Shown here piece after piece: positions 21,573 to 24,114 of a stretch of DNA of 24,114 nt. The notes under the pieces were generated by a model, which worked only from the letters and a program-made list of their open reading frames with translations, searched no databases and was not told the origin of the DNA. The translations under genes were made by a program, and so were the position numbers. Every line of letters starts with the position of its first letter. Position 1 is the stretch's first letter. The DNA is from Paraphysomonas bandaiensis (Eukaryota; Protista; Chrysophyceae). Location: positions 1 through 24,114 of the forward strand of contig CBFFRP010000195.1 in NCBI GenBank assembly GCA_965644295.1, in the 5' to 3' direction.

Positions 21573-22265
21573 ACAGAGCCGATTAAAGAACATTTCGGTG
21601 TGTATATAGATGATATAAACCCAAATTTGCCACGGAGGAATGGGACTATATGGGCTATATGTGGTAAAGGTGGATCGGGTAAGACATCACTTTTTTTAAG
21701 TCTGTTTAAATCCAAGAAGTTATTAAGGGCAAAATTTGACGAAGTACATTATATAGTAAATTCTACTTCATTTAATTCGGCTAAAAGCAATCCATTTAAA
21801 GACCATGAAAATATACACCATGAATTAACACCTGACCTATTACACGATATTCATGAGGATGCCTTACAACGACGTGAAGAATGTATAGAAATGGATATAG
21901 AATGTGAACACACTTGTATTGTAATTGATGATTTCGGAGCTATGTTAAAGGAATATGAAATAGAAAATGCATTAAAGAAAATTATGAATGTTGCCAGACA
22001 TGCAAATTTATATATAGTGTTTATTGTTCAGACGTTCAGAATGATACCAATGGAATTAAGACGTATTTTAACACATGTGACACTTTTTAAACCAAATCCC
22101 GAGGAGTGGAGTATAATAAAACAAGAAATGATTATAGATAATCCTGATAAGTTGGAAGCTATATATAAGTATGTTTTTAGTCAGCCTTATAATCATCTAG
22201 ACTTATATTTAAAGGAAAATGAGATACGAAAAAATTTTAAATTATTACAAATTGATAGTATATAA
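21573..22265 (+). CDS. A32-like (FtsK-HerA) DNA packaging ATPase, N-terminus cut by an LTR
   Basis: Walker A GKGGSGKT, Walker B CIVIDD, ARH arginine motif, IVQ sensor, P-x-x-LR. Frame is open from the LTR junction (TEPIKEHFGVYIDD...) with no initiator ATG before Walker A. Confidence 0.88.
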   Translation, partial: TEPIKEHFGVYIDDINPNLPRRNGTIWAICGKGGSGKTSLFLSLFKSKKLLRAKFDEVHYIVNSTSFNSAKSNPFKDHENIHHELTPDLLHDIHEDALQRREECIEMDIECEHTCIVIDDFGAMLKEYEIENALKKIMNVARHANLYIVFIVQTFRMIPMELRRILTHVTLFKPNPEEWSIIKQEMIIDNPDKLEAIYKYVFSQPYNHLDLYLKENEIRKNFKLLQIDSI

Positions 22266-22283
22266 TTATCTATTCTTATATTA

Positions 22284-23201
22284 ATGAAAGACTTTTATAC
22301 AGATGAAACTTTTACTTATGTGATTGATACAAATAATATGATATGGGGCGGTAATAATGCTGACTGTGAAATTCCAATGTTAGGCGCCTTACCGTCAGAC
22401 GTTGAATATTTTATATGCTGTCCTATATTCTTTAATTCGTCCAGTCTTGTGTTATCACATCCTCCATCGTCGGCTATAGTTTTAGAGGCTAAAGATTTTA
22501 TTGAAACAGGATTTAGTACACATAATAACAGCTCATATAAAGCTATTATACCTCCTATATATGCTGCTAATACAGATCATGGTACAGGGTTATTTAATAA
22601 TTTAAGTAATATGGTATATGTTGTAAAAAACTTTAATAACAAAACTATACGTTTTACTATGCGTAATGTTGAAGGGTTTGAACAGGATGTAGAAGCTAGA
22701 GGCGGATATAAAAAACACTGGACTTTAACATTAAGTTTAACTCCTATTAGGGATAAGGTTCCAAGATATATAAAAAATAATAGTTCCTTTACATATACAA
22801 TAACAAATGTAAATGCTGTGGGTAGTGCTAATGATTGTTATATTACTTTACCAACGATTAACGATAATTATAATACTTATTTCGTGGATGTTGTCAACTT
22901 TAAAATAAATGCTGACTCTTTAACGACTGGACAGGATAGATATGTTAATTTATATGCTTTCAATTGGGCTGAAAATGGATATAGTGGTTATTATAAATAT
23001 ACTAACAGGATGCTAATCGCTGCACCATATATAAAAACCACAAGTAACCCTAATTATTTTGCTGGTAATGGATCAGTATTTAAAATATCCAATATGAAAC
23101 AACAGAGATATATACGGTTTAAAATGTATTATCCTTTTATAGGTGATGAAGTCCCAAGCGGAGATGTTGATAATGGTGAAACAACATATTATTATATATA
23201 A
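22284..23201 (+). CDS. Putative minor capsid/penton-like protein with two tandem ~150-aa beta-rich domains
   Basis: Internal repeat FTYxI...xDCxI...E(T/N)G(F/Y)...(K/S)N...IRFxM; paralogous to 23260-23712. Jelly-roll fold is inferred, not shown. Confidence 0.6.
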   Translation: MKDFYTDETFTYVIDTNNMIWGGNNADCEIPMLGALPSDVEYFICCPIFFNSSSLVLSHPPSSAIVLEAKDFIETGFSTHNNSSYKAIIPPIYAANTDHGTGLFNNLSNMVYVVKNFNNKTIRFTMRNVEGFEQDVEARGGYKKHWTLTLSLTPIRDKVPRYIKNNSSFTYTITNVNAVGSANDCYITLPTINDNYNTYFVDVVNFKINADSLTTGQDRYVNLYAFNWAENGYSGYYKYTNRMLIAAPYIKTTSNPNYFAGNGSVFKISNMKQQRYIRFKMYYPFIGDEVPSGDVDNGETTYYYI

Positions 23202-23259
23202 CGTGTATTATTAGGGCAATAAATTAATTTTATTTTCTATAATAATTATATTATATATA

Positions 23260-23712
23260 ATGGAAAATATGCATAGTTTTACTTATACTATCTCTTCTGC
23301 TAATGCTAATAGTGGAAATGCCGAAGATTGTTATATAGATTTACGACCTTTACCATATAATTATGAGTATTATAATGTGCAATGCACCGGCTTTATTATG
23401 AATTGTGAAAGCATGGACCAAGCCACAATGCCAAATTATGTACATTTAGTAGCAGATGATTTGGCAGAAAATGGTTATTATCAGGGTTTTGATTCTAATC
23501 AGTGTATTGTTTCATATTTGTTAACTGATGCTAATATATCACAAATGACGAGTGGCGAAGGTAGCATATTTAGGGTTAAAAATATGCGACAACAAAGAAG
23601 AATAAGATTTAGGTTATATGCGCCTGATTTAACACCATTAAGTGGCGTTGTAGATGATTCCGCTACTACATATTGGTGTATATCACTGTTGTTTACACCA
23701 GTTGAGGCTTGA
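23260..23712 (+). CDS. Putative minor capsid-like protein, single ~150-aa domain
   Basis: Shares SFTYTI, DCYI, AENGY, GSxF, NMxQQRxIRF and TTY with the second half of the upstream ORF. Confidence 0.6.
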   Translation: MENMHSFTYTISSANANSGNAEDCYIDLRPLPYNYEYYNVQCTGFIMNCESMDQATMPNYVHLVADDLAENGYYQGFDSNQCIVSYLLTDANISQMTSGEGSIFRVKNMRQQRRIRFRLYAPDLTPLSGVVDDSATTYWCISLLFTPVEA

Positions 23713-23751
23713 CAGCCGAAAACTGCACCAGTTATTACCGCACCAGCAAAT

Positions 23752-24075
23752 TTAGAGCTGAACTAAATCAATATGGGTTTTCCAAAATATAGAACCTGAG
23801 CCTACAGTTTGGAAATTATTATATGTATGTATTTCAAAAGTCCAATTATCGGCAACATCATTTATAGTAAATATCAATGGTGCTAGAGTACATCCTACAG
23901 TGGAAACACTTCCCCTATTCGCGTCCCATACACCAGGACCATAAAGGGTAGCTCTATCCAGTGTACCATTTTGCTTTACTAACACACGCGCTCTAATATC
24001 TGTCCATGATTTAATACCCATAATTTCAAATGAAACCTGTAACATATAACGCCCTGTATATTGAATATAACCGTT
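23752..24075 (-). CDS. C-terminal beta-rich domain of a possible fibre/receptor-binding protein, 5' part cut by an LTR
   Basis: Frame is open from the LTR junction: NGYIQYTGRYMLQVSFEI...THIDLVQL. The I-x-x-T-G-x-Y pattern and terminal beta strand recall C1q/TNF-like fibre heads. Confidence 0.45.
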   Translation of the reverse strand, partial: NGYIQYTGRYMLQVSFEIMGIKSWTDIRARVLVKQNGTLDRATLYGPGVWDANRGSVSTVGCTLAPLIFTINDVADNWTFEIHTYNNFQTVGSGSIFWKTHIDLVQL

Positions 24076-24114
24076 TGTAATCTTTCTGATGAGAAAGACC
24101 GTGTTTACAACGTT
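24076..24114 (-). repeat. 3' terminus of another family-2 LTR (copy D), running off the right edge
   Basis: Exact reverse complement of 11838-11876, ending ...GATTACA. Confidence 0.8.

Larger units (their letters stand above)
21573..24075. mobile_element. Fragment of an endogenous Polinton-like virus / virophage-like element (morphogenetic module)
   Basis: Abrupt shift to AT-rich, intronless, tightly packed ORFs (18-58 bp gaps); A32-like ATPase next to beta-rich capsid-like and fibre-like ORFs. Confidence 0.75.

Overview
Eukaryotic (probably protist) repeat-dense DNA made of nested mobile elements; no clear host gene. Left to right: (1) the 5' end of a minus-strand Ty3/Gypsy element, 'family 2' (gag 902 to the window edge, missed by the ORF track; LTR starts at 2434). 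(2) A family-2 3' LTR preceded by a polypurine tract (2518-11876). (3) Inserted in that LTR, a structurally complete, young 7.8-kb Gypsy element, 'family 1' (3860-11633; near-identical LTRs, GTAC target duplication, CCCH-finger Gag, chromodomain-like integrase tail, IFDN in place of the RT YxDD motif, no tRNA-type PBS). (4) A small foldback-like inverted repeat. (5) A 5'-truncated Ty1/Copia element with an internal inverted duplication/deletion. (6) An intron-containing pogo-like DD35D transposase pseudogene. (7) A truncated chimeric family-2 LTR fused to a truncated minus-strand family-1 copy. (8) An AT-rich, intronless 2.5-kb block (21573-24075) that looks like the morphogenetic module of an endogenous Polinton-like virus or virophage: A32-type packaging ATPase, three copies of a minor-capsid-like domain and a fibre-like gene end. 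Both outer genes of that block are cut by LTR insertions. All calls rest on motif recognition and alignment by eye; no database searches were run.
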